The notes: generated from the sequence alone by a model not told the origin. A stretch of 32,000 bases of DNA from Ureaplasma parvum serovar 3 str. ATCC 27815 (GCF_000019345.1 NC_010503.1:390001-422000), one strand, 5' to 3'. Shown: positions 10,876-21,034, counted from the first letter of the stretch. Numbers and translations are program-made.

Positions 10876-11898
10876 GTAAATGTTAATATCTTGAGTTTGT
10901 TGACTTTGATCAATTTCTTTATTATTAATGTTAATTAAATTAGTTTTTTTATTTAAACAACCATTTTGGTATTTTGATTTTAGTGACTCTGCTATTTCTT
11001 TTTCTATAATGATTAAATCTAAATTATCAAAATCTTGTTTAATTACTTTTTGTAATTCAAAAATTTTTTCATCACTATCCATATCAATAACCATAATGAT
11101 GTTTAATTCTGCCAAACCAGAATAAATATAATTCATTATTCTCATTAAATTATAATCAGCATTCATATTAAAAACAAAACGATGGTTATATTCTTTGATC
11201 CCTTCAATAAATAATACTTTACGTTTTAGTATAAATTTGAATGAATTAATTAAATTCATCCTTGCGATCAAATAATCTTCTAAGCTCATTTTATTAGTTC
11301 TAGGTCTAATTTTTTTAATCATGTATATATATAAACAACTAAAAAATAAAAAAAATAGGACTAATAAAATCAATACAACTACACTAGGACTTGAAAAATA
11401 AGCTTTTCAAACTTTTGGAATTAATTCTCATTGATCGACATTTAAGATTGATGATCCACCAGTTAATCCATTAATATTAGAAGGAGATAAATTTTTCATA
11501 ATAATCTGTCCATCAATAATTAAATCTCCTTTAAATTGACCACGACTTAATGTAATTGATTTGATAACACAGTCAATAATTGGCCTTGCAACACCAGCGA
11601 GAATACATACAATTAATGCAACGATACAAAATAAAAAAAAGATTTCGATTAATCATGAACGTAAAGAACGTTTTGCATGTGAAATTTCAGGATTTAATTT
11701 ATAATTTGTAGTTTGAAATCATCATTCCATGAAATAAAATAGAATTTTACTTTTTTTCTTAATATGAGCATCAAAGCTTTCACGCACAATTTTTAAAAAA
11801 CGATCATTACTATAAATCGTTCCACTATCATGCAAAAAACGAGTGTCAAAACTGCGCTTTTTACGAAATGATTTATTTACAATTAAAATTGTTTTCAA
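10873..11898 (-). CDS. hypothetical two-pass membrane protein (341 aa)
   Basis: Track ORF 10873..11373 extends upstream through 5 TGA codons (hand translation). It has a basic N-terminus (KSFRKKRSF), TM1 LIEIFFLFCIVALIVCILAGVA, a loop of about 70 aa, TM2 VVVLILLVLFFLFFSCLYIYMI, and a C-terminal domain of about 150 aa. The TTG start at 11898, after AAGGA, is uncertain. Confidence 0.65.
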
Positions 11899-12003
11899 TA
11901 AATATTTTCCTTTATCTTAATTAATACTATATAAACTTTATTTATTAATATTAACAAATTATTATTAATAATTTATTCTTATTACTGATAAAATAATAAC
12001 ATT

Positions 12004-12687
12004 ATGAGTGCTATTAGTAAAAATATTATTATCATTAACAAACCAATAAAATGAACTTCTAATGATGTTGTTCAAAAGGTTAAACGGGTTATTGGTGCTA
12101 AAAAAGTTGGACATGCTGGAACTTTAGATCCTAATGCTTCAGGTGTTTTAGTATTGGGAATTAATGAAGGAACAAAACTATTAACAAAATTAATACTAGA
12201 TAATAAATCATATATTGCTGAAATTAAATTTGGAACATCAACAAATACTTATGATGCAGCAGGTGAAATTGTTTCATCTACAAACCGAATGGTTACATTA
12301 ACTGAGGTTACTAAAATAGTTAAAGATTTTTATAAAAATGATTATTGACAAAAACCCCCACAATTTAGCGCTTTAAAAATCAACGGGCAAAAAGCTTATG
12401 TTTTAGCACGTCAAAAAGTTGATTTTGAAATAGCACCACGATTAGTTAAAATATTTAAATATCAAATTATGGATTTCAATTATGAAAAACAAATTTTAAA
12501 AATTTCTTTACATGTTTCTAAAGGTTTTTATGTTCGTTCTTTTGCTGTTGATTTAGCTACTAAAATTAATAATCTAGCTCATTTATTGACATTAATAAGG
12601 ACGCAAAGTGGACCTTTTGAGATTAAAGATGCAATTGAAATTGAACAAGTCTATGATTATTGAAATAACATCAACAAATATTTATAA
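12004..12687 (+). CDS. truB: tRNA pseudouridine(55) synthase
   Basis: ATG 12004 is in frame with track ORFs 12154..12348 and 12469..12663 through TGA codons. The catalytic motif VGHAGTLDPNASGVLVLGINEGTK is present. The frame reads through TGA at 12661 to TAA at 12685-12687. Confidence 0.9.
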
Positions 12688-13504
12688 AATTAAGCAACAA
12701 TTCGTCATTAATGAATTAATTATTGGTTTTTTTGATGGAATTCATTTAGGTCATATGAATTTATTATCAGATCCTAATAACCAAACTATTTTAACTTTTA
12801 AAAATATCCCACGTAAAATAAAAAAATTATATGATTTTAATGAGCGAATTCAACAATTAGAAGATTTAGGATTTAAAAGGATTTTTATTTATGATATTGA
12901 TCAAAACAATTTAAGTGGGGAAGAATTTATTGATCAAATTTTAAAGCCACTAACTCCAAAAAAAATTATTGTTGGTGCTAATTTTACTTATGGCAATAAT
13001 TTTTGTAATGCATCTAGTCTAAAACAATATTTTAATGTTGAAATTAAAATTATTACTAATGATGTTAGTACAACTAAAATTAAAGAATTAATTATAAATA
13101 AACAGGTTGAAATAGCTAATAAATTATTAATTAAACCATATTATCGTGTGGGAAATGTTGTACGTGGCGATCAAATAGCTCGTAATATTGGTTTTAATAC
13201 TGCTAATATTTTATGTGATAATAATTTAATTGATATTGCTGAAGGTGTTTACAAAGCACAAGTAATTTTTAATAATAAAAAGTATGATAGTGTAGTTTAT
13301 TTAGGAATCCCTAAAACAATTAATACTCGCTCTTTTTCAATGATTGAAGCACATATTTTAGACTTTAATCAAAATATTTATGACGAAAGAATTAAGATTG
13401 TTTTTTTGAAATATTTAGCTCCTAATTTAAAATTTAATAATATAGATGAATTAATCACTGCAATTAAAAATTATATTAAATTGGTTCTTGATAAAACAAA
13501 TTAG
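12653..13504 (+). CDS. ribF: bifunctional riboflavin kinase / FMN adenylyltransferase
   Basis: Track ORF 12608..13504. The N-terminal nucleotidyltransferase motif IGFFDGIHLGH is present, with a riboflavin-kinase-like region at the C-terminus (RGDQIARNIGFNTANI ... EAHILDF). ATG 12653 preferred. Overlaps truB by 35 nt. Confidence 0.85.
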   Translation: MIIEITSTNIYKIKQQFVINELIIGFFDGIHLGHMNLLSDPNNQTILTFKNIPRKIKKLYDFNERIQQLEDLGFKRIFIYDIDQNNLSGEEFIDQILKPLTPKKIIVGANFTYGNNFCNASSLKQYFNVEIKIITNDVSTTKIKELIINKQVEIANKLLIKPYYRVGNVVRGDQIARNIGFNTANILCDNNLIDIAEGVYKAQVIFNNKKYDSVVYLGIPKTINTRSFSMIEAHILDFNQNIYDERIKIVFLKYLAPNLKFNNIDELITAIKNYIKLVLDKTN

Positions 13505-13567
13505 GTATATAAACCAATAAATAATTTTTTATAGTAGTAAAATCTTAATGGCTATTATAAAAAAAAC

Positions 13568-13592
13568 ATAAACTTTCATGGTTTATTTTTTG
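13568..13592 (+). terminator. weak hairpin plus T-run after ribF
   Basis: ataaac (13568-13573), loop tttcatg, gtttat (13581-13586), then TTTTTT. The stem is short and AT-rich. Confidence 0.35.
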
Positions 13593-13646
13593 TTTAAAGT
13601 AGTTGTATATTTAATTATTATAAATAGAGTAAGGACTAATCATTTT

Positions 13647-15314
13647 ATGAAGATGAAAGCTAAGAAATTTTTAATTACAGGATTATTAGGTGTAGTTAGT
13701 TTAGCAACTATTACCACAGTAGCTACAGCTTGTACAAATGGCAATAATCAAAAGGCTAATACAGTAAATAATAAGTCTGATTTAAAAACAAATCCAAATA
13801 TTAATTTAACTCAACAAGATGTAGAAAATTTGGAAAAACAAAGACAACAATGAAGTGAAGATTTAGATGTTTATTTTAATGGTGGGTTAAGTAAAAGTGG
13901 CAAAAATTTTGACCGTATAAATACATTATCATCAAATGCAACGGAATGATTTAAGAATCATCAAAAATTAGCGGCAACACGTGATTCTGGATCATTGGTA
14001 CAAGATGATGCAGCTTATTCATTTGGAATTGCACCCGATTATGTTCATTATAAATGAGTTTCAAAAGATGGTGGCGACGTTTCTCCATCATATTTAAAAC
14101 CATATTGAAATAAAAATTTAACTGAAGGTAGAAACTTTTCAAAATTAGACCCAAAGACTTTGGATGATAATGGAATCGGTGTTTTATTAATATCTGATCA
14201 CCATTATGGTAAATGAAATGATAATTTTTTAAGCAAAAAAACTGTTGGTGGATTAATTATGCAATCACGAGTTTCTGGTTTGCCATCACACTATCCTGCT
14301 GTTCTAACACCAAAATTTTTATTTGATCCTAATTTAAATCCAAATTTAAAAAAATATGCTTCTGCTAATTATGCGTTACCTAATTATTACTCTGACCCAC
14401 TAGATGGGATTATTTTAACAGGAAAAACTTTAGATCGTATTTATGATGCTAAAAAGTTTTCTAATGTTTATAATGCACATGTAGCTGGCAAAACACATTT
14501 TGAGACATTCACAGATTTTGCAAAGGCAATGGTTGATGAAACGCGTCGTGGAATTTCACAATGATCTTTAAAAAATGATAAATGAAAAGATAAAACAGTT
14601 TTAATGGTTATGCCTAACTTTACTCCAACAGCTAAAATGGTAGATGTTAATTTTAAACCAGAAGACTTAGAATTCTTGAGTAATGTTTGCATTAATGAAC
14701 CTATGTATTGTCCAACAATATATAGTGATCCAAATGATAAATATTTACCTGGATTAGGTGCAAAATTCCCTATTCCAGTAAATCATATTTCACAAGTGCA
14801 AAATTATATTGATGATTATGGACAAATTGGTGGAAAAGTATTAAATGGTACTGGTAATCCAGAAGCATCAAAACAAGTTGGCCCAACTTTAGGTGATGCT
14901 TTTAAAGATACAAGTGACGTTGTAGTTTTCTGTTATAACGAATACGGTTTATTAAATTACAAACCCGGAACTGAAGAAGGCGAAGCTTTAGTACAACAAT
15001 TTGAAAAGAATTTAACAAATTATGTTAATGGTTTAACAAAAGAAACAAAAAATCAATTTGTGCCAACAAAAGTTTTAAAAGAAAAACCAGTCGTGGGTAA
15101 GAATTTCTTTATTGAACGTAAAGGTAAGTTCTATGATGCATGTTATGGTTTTGCTGGTCAAGATTTAGTAGTTAATACATTAAATAAATGAACAAGGGGA
15201 GCTAACGCTCAAAATATAGATTTAGGGTATCCTATTTTTAATAAAAATACAGTTAAACACATTAGAGCATTTAAGGATTCTTTAGGTGTTAAAGTTTTAG
15301 ACAAACAAAAATAG
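13647..15314 (+). CDS. lipoprotein, paralog 1 of an unrecognised family (555 aa); first gene of the permease operon
   Basis: ATG 13647 follows TAAGGA. Signal peptide and lipobox: MKMKAKKFLITGLLGVVSLATITTVATA|C. Track ORFs 13578.., 14259..14564 and 14604..15191 are in frame and joined only by TGA codons (hand-checked). Stop is TAG at 15312-15314. Confidence 0.85.
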
Positions 15315-15328
15315 AGAAATAAATAGTT

Positions 15329-16399
15329 ATGCAAATAAAACAAGTAAATATTAATAAAAAAGATCTTTCTATTTATAAAAAACTCATTGAAGCAAAAAAA
15401 TTTGTTAGTACACAAATTCGTCGTCCTTATATGATAACGATTATTGTATTAACATTTATTATCTTAGCTGTTGGTATGTTTTTTATGAATGTTTTTTATG
15501 AAAAATCTACATATTTTGATGCGAATTATAATACTCATGTAACCTATTTTCGAACTTGAGCTAAAGTAGTAGCTGATGATAAAAGTATTTTATTGTATTG
15601 GTATCCACCTATCGTTAAATTATTTGTAGCAATTTCTATGCCGGTTGCTGGATATGCCATTCAGATTACAACTCAGAATCGTTTATCATCACCTTCAACA
15701 TTAGGATACATTCCAGTTTCAATTTTGGCTTATGTAGCAATGTTGATGATTGATCAAGGTAAAAGCTGATTAGTATATGTTTTTGGGTTTATATTTTCAT
15801 CATTTATCATTTTAGTTAATTATATTTTACAACGACAAAAATCTAGTAATCGTTCATTTAAACCAGTTTTAATTGGATTTGCTATATCTGCAACAATTAC
15901 AGCGGTAGGTTTAGTAATTGCTGTTTCACGTCCAAATATTTTAAATCGAGTGACAATTTGAACTGGTGAATTACCAAATGTTTATGAGTGATTAAAATTA
16001 TATATTTCAATGCCTTTAATTTTGATTTGTTTATTTGCTTTTTTAGTATTATCACCAAAATTAAAAATTATGCAACGCGATTTTGCTTTGGCAAAATCTT
16101 TAGGAATCAAAGTTAATTTAATTTTTTGAGTCGTGACAGTTTTAACAGCAATTGTAACAATTGCAACTGTTAATATTACAAGTCCCATGATTCTATTAGG
16201 TTTAATTATTCCAAATATAGTTAGGGCAACATTTAATAAACATGAACCATTATTTGTATTTTTTGTATCTATTGTATTTTCATTAGCATTGTTAGAAGTT
16301 TCATTATTTTTATCACTAAATTATCGTTTTGGTCCTAACTTTTTAATGGCTATTGTTAGTGCATTTGTGTTAATTTTTATTATGCGAAAACACGGATAA
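15329..16399 (+). CDS. FecCD/BtuC-family ABC importer permease (356 aa)
   Basis: Starts 14 nt after the lipoprotein stop. Track ORFs 15329.. and 16133..16399 are in frame through TGA codons. The motifs VAGYAIQITTQNRLSSPSTLGY and LAKSLGIKVN...ILLGLIIPNIVR correspond to BtuC GxxxQxxxxNPLAxPxxLG and ARxLG...FVGLxxPHxxR. Confidence 0.8.
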
Positions 16400-16404
16400 A
16401 TAAT

Positions 16405-17508
16405 ATGAAAAATCCATCACGATTTATATTTATAATAAAAAATAATATTTTAAATACCATTAACAATGCATCATTTATTGAAAATGGAAATTTCAAGAAA
16501 AAATTTCGGGTTTATGCACGCAAGCAACATTTAGCAGCTTGAGTTATTAGTATTGTTACAATTCTTTTTTTATCGTTATTAGTTATGTTTATTAAAATTA
16601 ATAACCAAGGTCAATTATTAAATAATCGGACTCCTTTAGATTTGTTTAAAGTAAATTATGAAACAATCTTACAAATTTGAATTACAGGAGCATCATTAGG
16701 AGCATCAGCTTATATGTTCCAACGGATTACTAAAAATCGATTAGTTGATACATCAACTCTTGGGATAGGTAATGTTTGTTTGATTGGGTTATTTTTTTTA
16801 GCAATATCAATTAATTTTGAAAATTATGGTTCTCAAAAACTTTTTGAAAATTTATTACCTTTTATTTTTATAATATCAGGAGTATGTGCCGGATTAATTT
16901 TGTATTGATTTTCAAAAAAACGAACCGGTTTTAGCCATACAAAGTTAATTGTCTCTGGTGTATTCATTAATTTTATTGCTATTGCTTTATCAATTAGCTT
17001 AAAAGACAATTTAACTCTAGTTGCATCAAATTATATTGACGATCGTTTGTTAGGTAATTTTTCAAACCGTAATAGTACTGAAAAATATTTAAGTTATGCT
17101 GTTTTTTTATTTTTAATGATATGATGCTTTTTGCGTTCTGCTAAATTTAAAGTTGTTATTACAGATACAATGATTGCTGAACAATTAGGATTAAAAGTAA
17201 AATTATTGAATTTAGAAATGATTTTTATCTCATCTTGTTTAACAGCTGTTTCATATATTATGGGAGGAAATGTATTATTTTTAGGAATTGCTGCAGCAAA
17301 TTTAGGGTATGCGGTTTTTGGTAATCGCTTTAGTTCATCAATAATTTTTTCAAGCTTCATCACCATTATCTTTTTAATTTTTGGTCAATTTATTTTAGAT
17401 AATATCGTTCAAAATTTAACTAGTTTGGTATTTGACGCCCCTATTGTAACTCCTTTATTAGTAGCTCCAATATTTACATTTATTATCTTATTTAAAAATA
17501 ATATTTAA
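16405..17508 (+). CDS. second, more divergent FecCD/BtuC-family permease (367 aa)
   Basis: Starts 5 nt after permease 1. Track ORFs 16714.. and 17131..17508 are in frame through TGA codons. Motifs: GASLGASAYMFQRITKNRLVDTSTLG, IAEQLGLKV...VLFLGIAAANLG, and C-terminal PIVTPLLVAPIFTFIIL. Confidence 0.7.
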
Positions 17509-17519
17509 GCACAATCTTA

Positions 17520-17561
17520 GTAGTGAACAAGCCATATTGTTCACTATTTTTTTTTTTTTTT
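17520..17561 (+). terminator. strong rho-independent terminator ending in a 16-T homopolymer
   Basis: tagtgaaca (17520-17528), loop agccatat, tgttcacta (17537-17545), then T16 (17546-17561). Confidence 0.8.
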
Positions 17562-17656
17562 GGGTGGTAAATGGAAAAAAATATATTTATTTTTGTGTAT
17601 TAAAATTAAAGGTATTAATAATTTTTTTAAATAAAAAATAAAGAAAGAATATTGTT

Positions 17657-19291
17657 ATGAAATATAAAAAAATTTGAATTACTTCAATAGCTTCTATTGC
17701 TTTTATAACAACTATTGTAAGTACAACTACAGCTTGTAGTAAAGTTAATAATGAAGTTAAGTCTTCAAATGACATTTTTAAACAAATATTACCAACTAAA
17801 GAAGAACTTACAAATTTAATTAAAAGACGTAAGGATTGAGCTAATGATTTACAAGTTTATTTTGAGGGTGGAAAGTCTGCTTCAGGAAAAGAATTTGAGC
17901 GAATTCAAACTTTAGCAACAAATGCAAGTATATATTATCAAAAGAACCAAAAAATTGCTATGACGCGTGATTCTGGCTCATTATGTCAAGATGATGCCGC
18001 ATATTCATTTGGAATTGCACCAGATATTTCTAATTATCGTTGAAAAGCAGGTGATGTAGAAGAAGTTGTACCACATTATTTATCTTACCTTTATAATCCT
18101 AAATTAACTAAAGGTATGGAACTTAAAGGTGTTAAAGCAGAAACATTAGCTGCTGAGAATGTAGGTACTTTATTTATTGCAGATTTTAAATTTGGAAATT
18201 ATAAAACTAATTTTTTAGATAAAAATAAAATAGGTGGAATTGTTATGCAGTCACGATCATCAGGTTTGCCTTCAAAAACACCAGCTTTATTCATGCCTAA
18301 TTGGTTATTTGGTAAAAATAACCCTTATTTAGAGACTGACGTTAACGCTTCAGCTGGAATTACAGATTTTTTTGTTGATCCATATGATGGCTTAATCTTT
18401 ACAGGTAAAACCTTAGATCGCATTTATGATGCAAAAAAATTTGATAATGTTAATAAAGCGGTTATTGATGGTAAAAGCAATTTTCAAACATTTACAGATT
18501 ATGCAAAAGCAATTGTTAGTGTTGTACGAAAGAATGTTTCGAATTGAGCTAAACAACATAGTTATTGAAAAAATAAAACTGTTGTTATGACAATGCCAAA
18601 CGTAATGAAAGGAGCACGAATTATTGATCCTAATTTTAGTAAAGATGATTTACTATTCTTAGGTAATATTTTTATTCCACAACCTGTTTATTTTCCAATT
18701 TTATATGCAGACCAAAATGATGAATATACACCTGGATTAGGAGCTAAATTTCCTATTCCTAAAAAAGATATAAATGAAGTTCAACGCTATGTAGATAATT
18801 GAGGTTGAATAGGTGGAGCAATTTTAAGTGATGCTACTAATCCTGATGCTGCAAAACGTGTTGGTCCAACATTGGGTGAAGCTTTTGAAGGAACGGTTGA
18901 TAAAGTAATTTATTCATATAATGAATATTTAATTAAAGGATATAAACCAGGAACAGCAGAAGGTGAAGCTATAATTAAAAAATTCGAAGCTAATTTAGCA
19001 AAATATGTAAATAGTTTAGATATAAATACAAAAAATAGTTTTAATCCTACAAGGATTTTAAAAGAAAAGCCAGTGGTAGGTAAAAACTTTTTTATCGAAA
19101 GAAAAGGTAATATTTACGATGCTAATTATGGATTTATAGGTCAAAAAACTATGGTTAATATTTTAAATCGTTGAATGAATGGTGAAAATAGTCCAGAAGT
19201 TGATTTGGGTATTCCTAATTTTACTAAGGATAATGTTAAACATTTACGTGCTTTTAAAGATGAATTAAATGTTAAAAATACTGATGAATAA
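17657..19291 (+). CDS. lipoprotein, paralog 2 (544 aa)
   Basis: Signal peptide and lipobox: MKYKKIWITSIASIAFITTIVSTTTA|C. Track ORFs 18116.., 18587.. and 18872..19174 are in frame, and I translated the N-terminal 459 nt by hand without meeting a TAA or TAG. Stop is TAA at 19289-19291. Collinear with paralog 1. Confidence 0.85.
18347..18505 (+). repeat. 159-nt block identical to 20071-20229 (paralog 2 copy)
   Basis: Base-by-base comparison from gcttcagctggaattacag to cagattatgc shows no mismatch. Flanking coding sequence is clearly diverged. Confidence 0.9.
18839..19291 (+). repeat. 3'-terminal ~450-nt near-identical block (paralog 2 copy) interrupted by a divergent patch at 19075-19153
   Basis: Aligns to 20566-21018 at a constant offset of 1727. 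By manual alignment there are 2 mismatches before the patch, 2 after it, and about 20 inside it. Confidence 0.85.
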
Positions 19292-19383
19292 TAAAAATTT
19301 TACGCATTGGAAGTTTTTATGCATAAATTTTTTAAATTTATTAATTAATCATTTAAACTTAAAAAAGGAATTACTAAAAATAT

Positions 19384-21018
19384 ATGAAGTTGAAGTTTAA
19401 AAAAATCTTATTATCTATATCAACTAGTTTAATAATTTTATCATCAATTATTACAATTGCTGCATGTAGCAATCAAGTAAAATCTAAAACAAATTTTTCA
19501 AAAACAACACCAACTTTAGAAGAATTGACTGAGCTTAAAAAAAGAGAAGAAGCATGAAAAGCTGATTTAGAAGTTTATTTTGAAGGTGGAGTAAGTAAGT
19601 CAGGAAAAAAATTTAATCGAATTGAAACTTTATCATCAAAAGCTAGTTCTTATTATCAAAAAAACCAAAAAATTGCGGTTACTAATGATTCTAGTTCGTT
19701 ATGTCAAGATGATGCACTATATGCATTTGGAATCGCACCTGATTATTCTGGCTTTCGTTGAAAAACAAGCGAACTTGAAGAAGTACATCCTCATTATTTA
19801 AATTATTTATACAACTCTAAACTAACAAAGGGAATGAATTTCACAGGTAAAGGAGCATTACCAGAGAATTTTGCTAAATTAAATGTGGGTACATTATTTA
19901 TTGCTGATTTTAAATTCAATAAGTATAAAGAAAATTTTTTAGATAAAAATGAAATTGGTGGTGTAGCAATGCAATCACGATCATCAGGTTTGCCTTCAAA
20001 AACACCAGCCTTATTCATGCCTAGCTGGTTGTTTGGTAAAAATAATCCTTATTTAGAAACTGATGTTAATGCTTCAGCTGGAATTACAGATTTTTTTGTT
20101 GATCCATATGATGGCTTAATCTTTACAGGTAAAACCTTAGATCGCATTTATGATGCAAAAAAATTTGATAATGTTAATAAAGCGGTTATTGATGGTAAAA
20201 GCAATTTTCAAACATTTACAGATTATGCTAATGTTGCTGTAAAAGCTGTTCGAAAAAGAGTTTCACAATGAGCAAAACAAAATAATAAATGAAAAGATAA
20301 AACAACGGTTATGATTAGTCCTGATGTAATGCCAAATGGTCGAATTGTAGATCCAAACATTACTAAAGAAGATTTATTACATTTAAGTAATTTTTTTATT
20401 ACCCAACCCGTTTATTTACCAATTTTATATGCTGATCAAAATCATCCTTATACACCTGGAATGGGTTGTAAATTCCCTATTCCTAAAAAACACTTAGAAG
20501 ATGTACAAAAATATATTGATAATTGAGGTTGAATAGGCGGTGCAATATTATCATCTAGTGCAGAAAATCCTGATGCTGCAAAACGTGTTGGTCCAACATT
20601 GGGTGAAGCTTTTGAAGGAACGGTTGATAAAGTAATTTATTCATATAATGAATATTTAATTAAAGGATATAAACCAGGAACAGCAGAAGGAGAAGCTGTA
20701 ATTAAAAAATTCGAAGCTAATTTAGCAAAATATGTAAATAGTTTAGATATAAATACAAAAAATAGTTTTAATCCTACAAGGATTTTAAAAGAAAAGCCAG
20801 TTGTTGGTAAAAATTTCTTTATTGAACGTGAAGGAACATTCTGCGATGGTTGTTATGGTTTTATGGGTCAAAAAACAATTGTTAATATTTTAAATCGTTG
20901 AATGAATGGTGAAAATAGTCCAGAAGTTGATTTGGGTACTCCTAATTTTACTAAGGATAATGTTAAACATTTACGTGCTTTTAGAGATGAATTAAATGTT
21001 AAAAATACTGATGAATAA
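19384..21018 (+). CDS. lipoprotein, paralog 3 (544 aa)
   Basis: Signal peptide and lipobox: MKLKFKKILLSISTSLIILSSIITIAA|C, after AAGGAA. Track ORFs 19834.., 20311.. and 20599..20901 are in frame through TGA codons. Stop is TAA at 21016-21018. Confidence 0.85.
20071..20229 (+). repeat. 159-nt block identical to 18347-18505 (paralog 3 copy)
   Basis: Same comparison as for the paralog 2 copy. Confidence 0.9.
20566..21018 (+). repeat. 3'-terminal ~450-nt near-identical block (paralog 3 copy)
   Basis: Partner of 18839-19291. Within the patch (20802-20880) this copy shares exact runs with paralog 1 (aatttctttattgaacgt, tgttatggtttt). Confidence 0.85.
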
Positions 21019-21034
21019 TCCTTCGTAATTATAA

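Noticed and set aside
13505-13646. Possible cobalamin, FMN or other riboswitch ahead of the lipoprotein/FecCD operon or near ribF
   Set aside because: The leader is only about 140 nt and almost entirely A/T. It has no GC-rich paired elements, and I could not find a B12-box-like or FMN-element-like conserved core.
19292-19383. Terminator between paralogs 2 and 3 (tacgcat ... atgcata)
   Set aside because: The stem is imperfect at 6 of 7 bp with an internal mismatch, and it is weak. I cannot decide from sequence alone whether paralogs 2 and 3 are co-transcribed.
13578-21018. The lipoprotein genes appear in the ORF track as 3-4 fragments each, suggesting decayed pseudogenes
   Set aside because: All breaks are TGA codons. 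The fragments are in frame and collinear among the three paralogs, and no TAA or TAG interrupts them. They are intact under table 4.
13647-21018. The tandem lipoproteins as a classical phase- or size-variable surface antigen family (vlp/vsp/vsa type), or as MIB-MIP immunoglobulin-cleavage pairs
   Set aside because: The coding regions contain no internal tandem repeats and no site-specific recombinase or inversion sites. They do not show the alternating two-family arrangement of MIB-MIP, and I recognised no DUF31 protease-like motif.
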